A stretch of 51,854 nucleotides of DNA from Shigella phage JK16: sequence record MK962751. The stretch is one strand, 5' to 3'. Numbering within the stretch: the first letter of the stretch is position 1; every line of letters begins with the position of its first letter. Below are positions 1-8,808 of the stretch, piece after piece. The notes below the pieces were generated by a model. It was not told the origin of the DNA, searched no databases, and worked only from the letters and a program-made list of their open reading frames with translations. Both the position numbers and the translations under genes were made by a program.

Positions 1-930
1 TTATAGCAGTGATTCGGGCTTGTAGAGTTTTCTTTCTACTCCCTGTTTAAAATTATCGTTAACAGGCATCATTATGTCAAGTCCTCTTTCCTCTGCCGCG
101 ATTATCACATCACGATCATCTTTCCGGCAGACTACGCGCATTCTTCTTTCTCCTTTATATCTATGCGCAACCATTTCAAGATTTGAAGGAGTAAAACAGG
201 CCCACACCTCTTGACCAGTTGATAAATGAACATGCTGAGAATCAACCCAATCAAGGCACAAATAGATCGTCTTATCTGTACTACCTGTTTTAACAACAGA
301 TCCGCGCGTGTAGTCGCGAGCTAAAAACCAATCCTTTCCATCCTCATCAATGAAAAGCACGTTACACATTTCATCATCCAGCCCGTCATCATGCACCAGG
401 TGACAAGGTAGCGCGTGAATGTATCGACCATCCTTGACGCCGCAATCATAATGACAATCTTCCGGCGGATATATCCCCTCATAAACGCTTAAAGGTGTGC
501 GATCGAATTTTAATGTTTTTGCCATCACTTTTTCGCAACATTCATGACTTGCCTGTTTCCCGAACGAGTAACCAGAAGAACGCGAAGCGCGTTTGTTTGC
601 TCTGATCCTGTAATCTTGTGGCACTTTTCCGAGGAAGCGGCCCAAAATGTTGATGGCCTCGCTGTAAGGTTCGCCAGTTAATTTCATTAACCAACCGATC
701 CCCGTGTCGTTGCCGCACACGTTGCAGATCGCGCCGCCGTCGCCCTCTTCATTTAGCTTATCAGTCCATCTAAAACGATCCTTACCGCCGCAGTGTGGGC
801 AAGGTTGATGCTTTTTGTTGAAAACATCGCTATGCAGTCCGCAAATGCTTTGTAGTGCTTCACGCCATAACCCCTTCATATATGGCAAAACATCTTCTTT
901 CTGATAGGTCATAAAGTTTTCAGTATTCAT
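1..930 (-). CDS. DNA primase (zinc-ribbon plus Toprim-like region)
   Basis: CPHCGG...CNVCG zinc-binding motif followed by acidic Toprim-like segment (VVCRKDDRDVIIAAEERGLD); start chosen at MNTENF with GAGG RBS; longer ORF to 1008 would overlap upstream gene. Confidence 0.65.
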   Translation of the reverse strand: MNTENFMTYQKEDVLPYMKGLWREALQSICGLHSDVFNKKHQPCPHCGGKDRFRWTDKLNEEGDGGAICNVCGNDTGIGWLMKLTGEPYSEAINILGRFLGKVPQDYRIRANKRASRSSGYSFGKQASHECCEKVMAKTLKFDRTPLSVYEGIYPPEDCHYDCGVKDGRYIHALPCHLVHDDGLDDEMCNVLFIDEDGKDWFLARDYTRGSVVKTGSTDKTIYLCLDWVDSQHVHLSTGQEVWACFTPSNLEMVAHRYKGERRMRVVCRKDDRDVIIAAEERGLDIMMPVNDNFKQGVERKLYKPESLL

Positions 931-940
931 GGCAAACCTC

Positions 941-978
941 AATAAAAAAGCCCAGCAAATATTATCATTTCGCTGGGC
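941..978 (-). terminator. rho-independent terminator or attenuator between HTH gene and primase
   Basis: Minus-strand stem GCCCAGC/GCTGGGC with 15 nt loop followed by T-run. Confidence 0.5.
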
Positions 979-985
979 CTTATCA

Positions 986-1462
986 TTAGCTATTCGTGCT
1001 GTTATCACCTTTGTAGAATCGTCCGCCTGGTTCGTAGTCTGAATTTTTGACTACGCGCAACATATCGTATTTGTCGCAACGGGTAGTAAGAGGCTTACCG
1101 TTAGAATCAAACCGCAGATCTGGACGACAAAATGATGCGCGGTATCCTTTGCATCCATTATATTTGTAGTCGTTATGCACCTTTTGTGCTCCAGCGGCTG
1201 AAATCATACCACGCTTTCGCCACTGGTTAACGACTTGCTGAGATACGCGCAGACGTCGAGCCATAGCAGGAACGCCGCCGTAATACTCGATCAGAATGTC
1301 AAGGCGAGATTTCAGGCTTGCTTTTACCTCATCTCGCAGGATAAGAAATCCGGTTCGGTGTTTTCGTGGTTTTTTGTCTTTACCTCGTCGCGTTCCGTTG
1401 TTACCGTTAATAGTGCGCTTGTCGATCTCACCCGTAGATACTGCAATTCGTGCATCTTTCAT
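986..1462 (-). CDS. putative DNA-binding protein with Cro/YdaS-like helix-turn-helix
   Basis: Segment GGVPAMARRLRVSQQVVNQWRKRG resembles Cro/YdaS HTH; GAGGTGA RBS before start. Confidence 0.45.
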   Translation of the reverse strand: MKDARIAVSTGEIDKRTINGNNGTRRGKDKKPRKHRTGFLILRDEVKASLKSRLDILIEYYGGVPAMARRLRVSQQVVNQWRKRGMISAAGAQKVHNDYKYNGCKGYRASFCRPDLRFDSNGKPLTTRCDKYDMLRVVKNSDYEPGGRFYKGDNSTNS

Positions 1463-1474
1463 CTAGTCACCTCA

Positions 1475-1517
1475 TAGCATTTTTTGTTAAAACAGTTTAT
1501 TGTAATGAGTCTATTAT
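1475..1517 (+). promoter_or_regulatory. motif-class promoter upstream of helicase (TAGCATTTTTTGTTAAAAC, then 18 nt, then TATTAT)
   Basis: Conserved motif copy plus -10-like hexamer at fixed spacing, 33 nt before helicase start. Confidence 0.45.
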
Positions 1518-1549
1518 ATACTCCAAATGGCATTTTTTAAAGGTTTAAG

Positions 1550-3547
1550 ATGATTCCAAATATCGAAAAACAAATATCAGCATTAGGCGAGGCAGTAATA
1601 AAAAGCATCCAAGAGCGATTCACGGTTGGCAATATAGTGCCTTATCCTTATCAGTGCGTTGCGTATGCAGAGATCGCAAAGCGCATGAAAAACTATGAGC
1701 ATCCTTTCTTTGTTAAGGCTTCTGTATCGGCTGGCAAAACATTGATGTTTGCGATGGTTGCGGCGCAATGCCGCAAAATGGGATTGAAAATGATGGTCCT
1801 TGCTCGCCAGGCTGAAATTGTTGATCAGGATTCGGAAGAGATCAGCAATCTTGGCGTGCCAAACTCAATCTATTGCGCCGGACTGAAAACAAAAAGCGCA
1901 TACTTTCCGATCGTAGTCGGTTCTGAGGGCACTGTAGTAAACGGATTGTTTAAGTCGTTAGGTGATTATGTTCCGCACGTTATCGGTATTGATGAATGTC
2001 ACCAGGTGGATTGGGAGGATCTCGCGGACGCGATAGAAAATAATGAATCTTACCAGCAGATGACCACTAAGAAGGATTTGCCAGTACTGATTGGAGAAGA
2101 ACAGCAATTTGATTCCAATGGCGATCCAATGTTCGGAACAGGGCGCACACAGTACACCGTAATAATCATGGAAATGATGCGCAGGTGTCGCGAGGCATAC
2201 GGGCACGAATTGCGAATATTCGGCATGACTGGATCTGAGTTTCGCGGCGTGGTTCCAATACTGGTTGAAGATAAGAACAAAAAGGGATTCTGGCGTGAGC
2301 AAGTAACTAACATAGACACAAACTACTTAATCAAATTCGGTTCGGTAGTGCCAACAAATTTCGGCGACGTCGGCGACCTGGGGTATGACCTTTCAGAGTT
2401 CGAGGCCAGTAGCGAGGACGGCGTTTCAGACTTTGACGCTAAAACATTGCGCAAGATGGAAGAAAAGATCCATCAAGACGCAACAATGACACAGAAAATC
2501 ATGGCTAAAGTCCATGAGATATGCAAAGACAGGAACGGAGTTTTAGTTACATGCGCAGGGGAAAGGCACTGCAAGGAGGCCGCCGCCGCACTGCCGCCAG
2601 GCGTTGAATACAGGATCATAACTGGCAAGACTGGAGATAATCAGCGTAAAGAGTGGCTGAGGGAGGCATACGAGGGAAAAGTAAAATACATCTTCCAGGT
2701 ACAGGCGCTTACCACTGGCGTTAACGTTCCGTTTTGGGATACTTCGGTAATACTGAGAAAGATAGGATCTCTAACATTGCTTATCCAGCTTTTGGGGCGC
2801 GGCATGCGACTGCTTAAGCAATGGCACATTGAACAGGGATTCAAGAAAAAAGATCATCTTGTATTGGATTTTGCAGGTACTATGGATGAGTTAGGTGATT
2901 TGTATTTCGATCCAATCCTTGAGCAAGCGCAATTCCAAAAGAGATTTACAAACGGGAAAGAGCCTAAGACTTGTCCGATATGTGGAACGCTAAACAGCTT
3001 TTACGCTCGCCGATGTATGCACGTAGACGATAACGGGAAGCGATGTGAGCATTTTTGGACTTACAGAATTTGCGAGGACCAGGTAGATCCGAGAACGAAA
3101 AAGATAATCAAGCGCGGTTGTGGAACAAAAAACGACGTAGTGGCGAGAGTATGCCGTTGTTGCGATATTTCTCTTGTCGATCCTAACGAGAAGTTAAGCG
3201 GTAAGCACTACACCAAAAACGATTGGTGCAACGTTAAATCTTTCCGCGTTGATATGACGAAAAACCAGAAAGGAATTATTTTTTGCTATGAGCTTGAGGC
3301 CAACGGCGATACGTTCAAGGCATACGAAAGATTTTTCCCTGAGTCAGAAAGCAACATTTGCCGGACGATATGGAGAAAAATAGCATTGCAGCACATACCG
3401 GATCGCAAGATTGCTGGTATGGTGGCGAGCTATAGAAATGCTCGTAAAATAATGTCATACGCTCATCACATCATGCCGCCTGTACGCGTAACGCATCGCA
3501 AAAACGGCAAAGGTGAGGATAACATTGCAAAACGGGAGTTTGTTTAA
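1550..3547 (+). CDS. ATP-dependent DNA helicase (superfamily 2) with C-terminal Cys-rich zinc-ribbon region
   Basis: Walker A SAGKT, DExH-like IDECHQ, C-terminal CPICG...C...C clusters. Confidence 0.7.
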   Translation: MIPNIEKQISALGEAVIKSIQERFTVGNIVPYPYQCVAYAEIAKRMKNYEHPFFVKASVSAGKTLMFAMVAAQCRKMGLKMMVLARQAEIVDQDSEEISNLGVPNSIYCAGLKTKSAYFPIVVGSEGTVVNGLFKSLGDYVPHVIGIDECHQVDWEDLADAIENNESYQQMTTKKDLPVLIGEEQQFDSNGDPMFGTGRTQYTVIIMEMMRRCREAYGHELRIFGMTGSEFRGVVPILVEDKNKKGFWREQVTNIDTNYLIKFGSVVPTNFGDVGDLGYDLSEFEASSEDGVSDFDAKTLRKMEEKIHQDATMTQKIMAKVHEICKDRNGVLVTCAGERHCKEAAAALPPGVEYRIITGKTGDNQRKEWLREAYEGKVKYIFQVQALTTGVNVPFWDTSVILRKIGSLTLLIQLLGRGMRLLKQWHIEQGFKKKDHLVLDFAGTMDELGDLYFDPILEQAQFQKRFTNGKEPKTCPICGTLNSFYARRCMHVDDNGKRCEHFWTYRICEDQVDPRTKKIIKRGCGTKNDVVARVCRCCDISLVDPNEKLSGKHYTKNDWCNVKSFRVDMTKNQKGIIFCYELEANGDTFKAYERFFPESESNICRTIWRKIALQHIPDRKIAGMVASYRNARKIMSYAHHIMPPVRVTHRKNGKGEDNIAKREFV

Positions 3548-3966
3548 TGGCTATAACTGATAAAGGAGATTATCTTGAGTTTTACGAAAGAGATCCAACC
3601 GACACGAGAAAGGAAGTTAATCACCAGATAGATAGCTTTCAGTGGTTGACTTATGCTCATCCTTATTTGCTAGCTTGGCATACGGTAAACGAGAATGAGA
3701 AGTCGAAAGTAACGGCGATGATTGATCAGCAGTCCGGCTTGGTTAAGGGGGTAAGCGATTTCATCATCCTGATTGGTTCAAACGGAAAATACCCCTTTGC
3801 AGCGATTGAGATCAAACGAGTGAATAAATCAGGCAAGGGGAAAGCATCACCAGTCAGCGATGAACAAAAGGCTTTTTTGCGTCGCGTTCGCAGCTTAGGA
3901 GGATTCGCTGCGGTCGCCTACGGATTTAATCAGTTTAAGTTAGCTATTGAATACATGCTTAAATAG
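3547..3966 (+). CDS. VRR-NUC domain nuclease
   Basis: GVSDFIIL...AAIEIKR...Q pattern typical of VRR-NUC (PD-(D/E)XK) fold; start overlaps helicase stop. Confidence 0.6.
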   Translation: MAITDKGDYLEFYERDPTDTRKEVNHQIDSFQWLTYAHPYLLAWHTVNENEKSKVTAMIDQQSGLVKGVSDFIILIGSNGKYPFAAIEIKRVNKSGKGKASPVSDEQKAFLRRVRSLGGFAAVAYGFNQFKLAIEYMLK

Positions 3967-4006
3967 CACTTTTTGTTAAAACTGGCGCGATGGATTGCGC
4001 CATAAT
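3964..4006 (+). promoter_or_regulatory. motif-class promoter (motif, hairpin GGCGC..GCGCC, CATAAT)
   Basis: Motif provides TAG stop of upstream gene; -10-like hexamer 18 nt downstream. Confidence 0.45.
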
Positions 4007-4046
4007 TCAATAACACGAGATGGCTTTTAATAGCGGAGAAATGAAA

Positions 4047-4772
4047 ATGGCTAAAGATATTTTAGATAAAGACACCCATGACGCATTTGTTAGCTTTGAG
4101 CAGTTGGAGAGAGAAACGTTTATAGGAAATGCTCTTGCAACTGGAGGCCATTACCAGGCAGTAAAGCCAAATCAATATTATAAGGTAAGCGGCAACCGAT
4201 ACGCTGGAAGCACTACGCCGGACGTTGTGCGCGATATGTGGAGCACACCTCAAGAGATCGTGGAGTGGATGGAATCAGAATTTGGCGAATACGATCTCGA
4301 CGCGGCAGCAAGCCAGGAAAACGCAGTTTGCGAGAAGTTCTATAGCAAGGAAACAAACTGCTTAAAGCGTTGGTGGGGTAGCAACAAGCACGTATGGCTT
4401 AACCCGCCGTACAGCAACCCAACTCCATTTATCAAGAAAGCAATTGAGCAAATGGAGCACAACAACCAAATTGATGTTTTGTTGCCATCCGACAACTCTA
4501 CAGCATGGTTTTATGAGGCGCAGAAAAACGCGGCTGAAATCATCTGGATCACTGGCGAGGTTTACGAAGAGGGGGGAGTGGAATATTCCCGCACCGGAAG
4601 AATCGCCTTTGTGTCTGGATTGACTGGCGAGCCTGTACAGGGCAACAATAAGGGAAGCGTGATTTTTGTCATGCGCAAACTTAAAGAAGGCGAGGAGCAG
4701 AAAACGCGATACGTTAAGATCAGCGATATTTGCCCCTCTGTAACCGAACGCCGCGCGCGCAAACGGAGCTAA
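4047..4772 (+). CDS. dam: DNA N6-adenine methyltransferase (phage Dam family)
   Basis: DLDAAAS ... WLNPPYS catalytic motif (NPPY); start chosen 8 nt after GGAG. Confidence 0.8.
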   Translation: MAKDILDKDTHDAFVSFEQLERETFIGNALATGGHYQAVKPNQYYKVSGNRYAGSTTPDVVRDMWSTPQEIVEWMESEFGEYDLDAAASQENAVCEKFYSKETNCLKRWWGSNKHVWLNPPYSNPTPFIKKAIEQMEHNNQIDVLLPSDNSTAWFYEAQKNAAEIIWITGEVYEEGGVEYSRTGRIAFVSGLTGEPVQGNNKGSVIFVMRKLKEGEEQKTRYVKISDICPSVTERRARKRS

Positions 4773-4776
4773 CACG

Positions 4777-5034
4777 ATGAAAAAAGAGAGAAGCGTTTAT
4801 TTAAATGAAACTGGCGAGTGGTTGTTATTTCGCGCTATGGTGTGCGATGCACTTGATAAAAACCCTAACGTGAAAAAGATGATTGATTGCGATCCGTGGG
4901 AATTTTCAAGCGCATTAGATATGAGCTTTGATGAGACAAGAAAACTCCCTCTTGAAAAATGGCACGAACAAATCAGAAATGATATGCAAGAGTTTGTAGA
5001 TTCGTGGAATTTTCAGAACGGAATGATCCACTAA
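4777..5034 (+). CDS. hypothetical protein
   Basis: ORF directly after dam, ends in conserved motif (TAA TAG). Confidence 0.45.
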   Translation: MKKERSVYLNETGEWLLFRAMVCDALDKNPNVKKMIDCDPWEFSSALDMSFDETRKLPLEKWHEQIRNDMQEFVDSWNFQNGMIH

Positions 5035-5077
5035 TAGCACTTTTTGTTAAAACGCCCGGCATTTTGTCGGGCATAAT
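5035..5077 (+). promoter_or_regulatory. motif-class promoter (motif, hairpin GCCCG..CGGGC, CATAAT)
   Basis: Same architecture as other copies. Confidence 0.45.
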
Positions 5078-5103
5078 TATTTCATCGAAACGAACGTGAG
5101 GAA

Positions 5104-5289
5104 ATGAAAATGGTAGTATATAGCAAGAAAGCATTTGACAAGGCGCAACAAGCCGCACGCGAGGCGGTAAAAGGTGGAACGAAAAACAATATGCAGCTTG
5201 ATTGGGGCGCTGCAATGATTCTACTTCGCGTTGCATATGGTCACTACCCATTAGAATTTGCGGAGGCATATTATAAGCATGAAGATTGA
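5104..5289 (+). CDS. hypothetical protein
   Basis: ORF with GAGGAA RBS. Confidence 0.4.
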   Translation: MKMVVYSKKAFDKAQQAAREAVKGGTKNNMQLDWGAAMILLRVAYGHYPLEFAEAYYKHED

Positions 5290-5521
5290 ACAAGGTAGAG
5301 AGGCGGTATGGAATCACGCTAAAGAATGCGGAATAGCCGACGATATAAAGAAGATCGCGCAATACTTTGATATTGCAGATGTGAGCATAATTAGCGGCGA
5401 TAAGATGACTTTCCTCAAGGAAAGGCCGCGAAAAATGGTAAGAGTTCCAGCAGTTCCAACAAAAATTGATTTCAAAGAGGCAATGGCTAAAATCCGAGAG
5501 CCTCGCAAATATTATAAATGA
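5279..5521 (+). CDS. hypothetical protein
   Basis: ORF overlapping upstream stop; start MKIEQG. Confidence 0.4.
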   Translation: MKIEQGREAVWNHAKECGIADDIKKIAQYFDIADVSIISGDKMTFLKERPRKMVRVPAVPTKIDFKEAMAKIREPRKYYK

Positions 5522-5615
5522 GGATAGTTATCATGTGGCGCTTGTTTGTTCTACCGTTACCCGTTATCATCGCTGTTACAGTTATGTACCATATAGTGAT
5601 GAGATAGGTGGCAGA

Positions 5616-6731
5616 ATGAAAAATGTAAAAATTACAGATGAGCAATTCAAGATCGAACGGGCGGCGGGTAAGACATATAAACAGATCGCTCAAGAGTACG
5701 GAATGAATGTGAGAAGCGTCGAGCGTCGCGCGGCGCGACTTGCAAAGCAAGGCCAGGTATCCACCATTGGAGCGCCTTGTTTTGGCGTTCATGGTGAGTC
5801 AGTAATGACTGACAAAGAAGGCAACATAATCCTAAAGTGGACTAAAACCAGCAAGGATAAAGAGCAATTAGAAGCATTAATGCGCGCAGCAATGGAGGCA
5901 TTTAGCGAGGAAGTGCCGCGATTAGATCCGGTTCCATTACAGGAGCGTGACTATAACGAAACGCTTTCCTTGTATCCGATCTTTGACATGCACTTAGGAG
6001 CTATGGCCCATAAGCACGAATGCGGCGAAAATTGGGATACTGCCACGGCAGAGCGCGTTATGAATAACTTTATCGACTATGCTTTAATGTGCGCACCGGA
6101 TAGCGAAAAGGCTGTCATCCTGATTGGTGGCGATATGCTGCATAGCGACGGCCTGGAGGCGGTTACACCTGCAAGCGGTCACGTACTGGATCAAGATAGT
6201 CGATATGCAAAATTGGTTTACGTTGCCATCCGTGCAATGCGACGCGCAATCAATAAAATGTTGTTAAAGCATAAACATGTTGAAGTCCAGATCGTAGAGG
6301 GCAATCATGACCAATCAGGAATGATTTGGCTACGCGCAGCAATGGCGGCAGCATATGAAAACGAGCCGCGCGTTTACGTTGATGTTTCCCCTCGCGTTGT
6401 GCACCACACGCAATACGGAAAAACTTTCCTTGCGTACCATCACGGGCACACAGTGCGTAAACCGGAGGCTTTGCTAATGATGTGCGCGTCAGATTGGCGG
6501 GAGGACTTCGGAAACTCAAAAACGATGTATGCGCACGTAGGGCACTGGCATCACCAGACCGTGACAGAAACGTCGCTTGGCATCGTTGAGGTGCATAGCA
6601 CCCTGGCGGCAAAAGACGCATACGCCGCGCGAGGTGGCTGGAGATCTCGACGCCGTGCGGCGGTTATCATTTACGACAAAGAGCATGGAGAGGTGGGGCG
6701 ATTTGTTCACTATCCAGAAATGATGAATTGA
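5616..6731 (+). CDS. calcineurin-like metallophosphoesterase with N-terminal HTH-like segment
   Basis: Motifs DMHLG, GGDMLHSDG, EGNHD, HHGH, GHWHH; AGGTGG RBS; N-terminal ...NVRSVERRAARL... Confidence 0.6.
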   Translation: MKNVKITDEQFKIERAAGKTYKQIAQEYGMNVRSVERRAARLAKQGQVSTIGAPCFGVHGESVMTDKEGNIILKWTKTSKDKEQLEALMRAAMEAFSEEVPRLDPVPLQERDYNETLSLYPIFDMHLGAMAHKHECGENWDTATAERVMNNFIDYALMCAPDSEKAVILIGGDMLHSDGLEAVTPASGHVLDQDSRYAKLVYVAIRAMRRAINKMLLKHKHVEVQIVEGNHDQSGMIWLRAAMAAAYENEPRVYVDVSPRVVHHTQYGKTFLAYHHGHTVRKPEALLMMCASDWREDFGNSKTMYAHVGHWHHQTVTETSLGIVEVHSTLAAKDAYAARGGWRSRRRAAVIIYDKEHGEVGRFVHYPEMMN

Positions 6732-6775
6732 TGAATTTTTATTTAAATCAATGACAAATTAAATCAAAAACTTGC

Positions 6776-6808
6776 AAGGGGGCGGCGTTTGTCGCCTCTT
6801 TTTTTTGT
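6776..6808 (+). terminator. rho-independent terminator after phosphoesterase gene
   Basis: GC-rich stem with G-U pairs followed by T8. Confidence 0.5.
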
Positions 6809-6876
6809 TTAATTTTTTACCATGTACGTTTATCATGCGGTCAATATATTGACTTTAATTAATATGGAGAATAAAA

Positions 6877-7092
6877 ATGAAAGATTTTATTAACGCAGCT
6901 ACCGCCGGATCTGGCGGTTCATCTATCGCAAGCGCCGCTACAGGGCAGTTAACCATTGCTATTGCCAGCTTTGTTTTAATGGCTGCATTCGGTGCATGGG
7001 GCGCTTACCTTCGCTGGCGTGATAGTAAAAAATTCCACGAGGCGATCGAAAAAGGTGATATTCAAAAAGCTATTGAAATCAGGGGCAAGTAA
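6877..7092 (+). CDS. holin
   Basis: 71 aa, single hydrophobic helix with charged C-terminus, immediately upstream of endolysin. Confidence 0.55.
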   Translation: MKDFINAATAGSGGSSIASAATGQLTIAIASFVLMAAFGAWGAYLRWRDSKKFHEAIEKGDIQKAIEIRGK

Positions 7093-7583
7093 TGAGCATA
7101 AAGAACAAGGTAGCGGCTGCGGCCTTTGGCGTTGCGGTTGCCTTGACTTCTCCACTTCTTGAAGAGATCGAAGGGGTAAGATACAAGCCATACAAAGATA
7201 TTGCTGGAGTATGGACGGTTTGCGCAGGAATCACCGGACCAGATGTTATCCTGGGGAAAACGTACACTAAAAAAGAGTGTGATGCTTTGTTGGCTAAGCA
7301 TATCCAGGTTGCTAAAAAGGAAGTTGACAAGCAAGTTAAGGTTGACATTCCTGATAGTATGCGTGCAGCAATGTACTCATTCACTTACAATGCAGGTGTG
7401 GGAGCTTTCAGAAATTCAACAATGCTGAAACTCATAAACCAGGGGAAATTAAACGAGGCTTGCGATCAGCTTTATCGTTGGACTTATTACCATAACCAAA
7501 AAACAGGAAAGCGCGAGAAGTCTAAAGGCTTACTTAACAGGCGCAAGGTCGAATACAAATATTGCACAATGGATCTGAAATGA
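7092..7583 (+). CDS. SAR endolysin, GH24 lysozyme
   Basis: N-terminal Ala/Gly-rich weakly hydrophobic signal-anchor-release segment then E..D..T catalytic triad pattern ([26 protein letters not shown]). Confidence 0.8.
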   Translation: MSIKNKVAAAAFGVAVALTSPLLEEIEGVRYKPYKDIAGVWTVCAGITGPDVILGKTYTKKECDALLAKHIQVAKKEVDKQVKVDIPDSMRAAMYSFTYNAGVGAFRNSTMLKLINQGKLNEACDQLYRWTYYHNQKTGKREKSKGLLNRRKVEYKYCTMDLK

Positions 7584-7975
7584 TGAAGAATTTTTTACTT
7601 ACACCAATCGCAATGGCGGTGATCTTGTCTGGATGTTCAAGCGTTACGCCACTGACCGGATTAATCGGCAGTAAGCCGGAAATCACAGCACAGGCTGGAG
7701 CGGAGAACGTGAAGCAGACAGTTGGCATTACAGCAAAGCAGGACGCCAGCACAAAACAGGAAACCACAATAAAGGAATCTGCGGTTGACAAGGTGGACAC
7801 GTCCAGCAAGAAGGATTTCACAACATCAACCATTCAGGCCAATACCATCAAGGCAGACAAAATTCAGGTCGTGCAGGGTAATAACGGCAGATGGTACGAT
7901 CCGGTAATCATATGCGTGGTTGTGTTAATTGTGCTGATTTGTCTTTACTGGAGAGAAAAGAAAAAGGAGGCTTAA
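7580..7975 (+). CDS. unimolecular spanin (T1 gp11-like)
   Basis: N-terminal lipoprotein signal with lipobox LSGC and C-terminal transmembrane helix ([16 protein letters not shown]); start overlaps endolysin stop. Confidence 0.7.
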   Translation: MMKNFLLTPIAMAVILSGCSSVTPLTGLIGSKPEITAQAGAENVKQTVGITAKQDASTKQETTIKESAVDKVDTSSKKDFTTSTIQANTIKADKIQVVQGNNGRWYDPVIICVVVLIVLICLYWREKKKEA

Positions 7976-7992
7976 TGCCTCCTTTATTTTTA
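7963..7992 (+). terminator. rho-independent terminator after lysis cassette
   Basis: Stem AAGGAGGC/GCCTCCTT followed by TATTTTTAT; stem overlaps spanin stop. Confidence 0.6.
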
Positions 7993-8214
7993 TGCGTCGG
8001 GCCACATATGAGTTTCGTTTGTTGGCTTGTTCGATTCGTCGTACTGCCTTACTTCAATGCTGCAAGTGTCGCCGTACATTTCTGCAATCTTGCGCTCATT
8101 TTCAAACGCCGATTGCTCACTCCAGCCTGAATCCTTATCGTAAACTGTCGGGATTTCAGAAGAAGATCCATTTGCATGATTGTATACGCGAACTACTAAA
8201 AACTTGCTGGACAT
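7990..8214 (-). CDS. hypothetical protein
   Basis: Minus ORF with AAGGA RBS. Confidence 0.4.
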   Translation of the reverse strand: MSSKFLVVRVYNHANGSSSEIPTVYDKDSGWSEQSAFENERKIAEMYGDTCSIEVRQYDESNKPTNETHMWPDA

Positions 8215-8251
8215 GATTTTTCCTTTTTGGTTGGTTCGTTTCGATGAAACA

Positions 8252-8294
8252 AATATACCCGACACAATGTCGGGAGTTTTAACAAAAAATGCTA
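8252..8294 (-). promoter_or_regulatory. motif-class promoter, minus strand (TAGCATTTTTTGTTAAAAC, hairpin, TATATT)
   Basis: Motif variant plus -10-like hexamer 18 nt downstream on minus strand. Confidence 0.4.
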
Positions 8295-8486
8295 TTCCAT
8301 ACGCTTTACTGTAACCAATAACACACCATCATCATTGCATAAAACGTGTTCATTGGTGCTAAAAGCGCGCATATCTGAATAAAGCAGCGTAAGTAACGCA
8401 TGAATAAGATCCTCATGTGATATTGAATTTACGGCGCAGTGCTTCAAGATCTTGTCTATTAGCTTTTGCCTGGAACAATTCATCAT
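8292..8486 (-). CDS. hypothetical protein
   Basis: ORF whose stop lies in motif copy; overlaps neighbour, start uncertain. Confidence 0.3.
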   Translation of the reverse strand: MMNCSRQKLIDKILKHCAVNSISHEDLIHALLTLLYSDMRAFSTNEHVLCNDDGVLLVTVKRME

Positions 8487-8808
8487 CGCCCATCTCCCCT
8501 ATTCTAGCCATATCCCTGATCCAGTCGTTGCGCATACCATCCAGGCTATACAATTCGAATCCGAAAGGCCGCTTTGACGATCCTTTGGACCAGTATTTTC
8601 CGCAGACTCCATCTATATAACCAGCCGTCATCATTCTTGCGCAAAATTCCTTAGATGCAAGGCTGGCGAACATTCGCGGCGTAAGTCCGGCGGCCCGTGC
8701 GAGCCGCTCACATTCTCTATGCTGATAGATAAATTTGGCTATGTGCTGCCTGTTAAACCAATCGTATGACTCACACCATTTATACAGATCAAGCAAAAAC
8801 ATAATCAT
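8413..8808 (-). CDS. hypothetical protein
   Basis: 131 aa ORF, start overlaps stop of upstream gene. Confidence 0.45.
   Translation of the reverse strand: MIMFLLDLYKWCESYDWFNRQHIAKFIYQHRECERLARAAGLTPRMFASLASKEFCARMMTAGYIDGVCGKYWSKGSSKRPFGFELYSLDGMRNDWIRDMARIGEMGDDELFQAKANRQDLEALRRKFNIT

Noticed and set aside
1-1008. Full 335 aa primase ORF starting at 1008
   Set aside because: That start would overlap the upstream HTH gene and the intervening terminator hairpin; the internal Met at 930 has a GAGG RBS.
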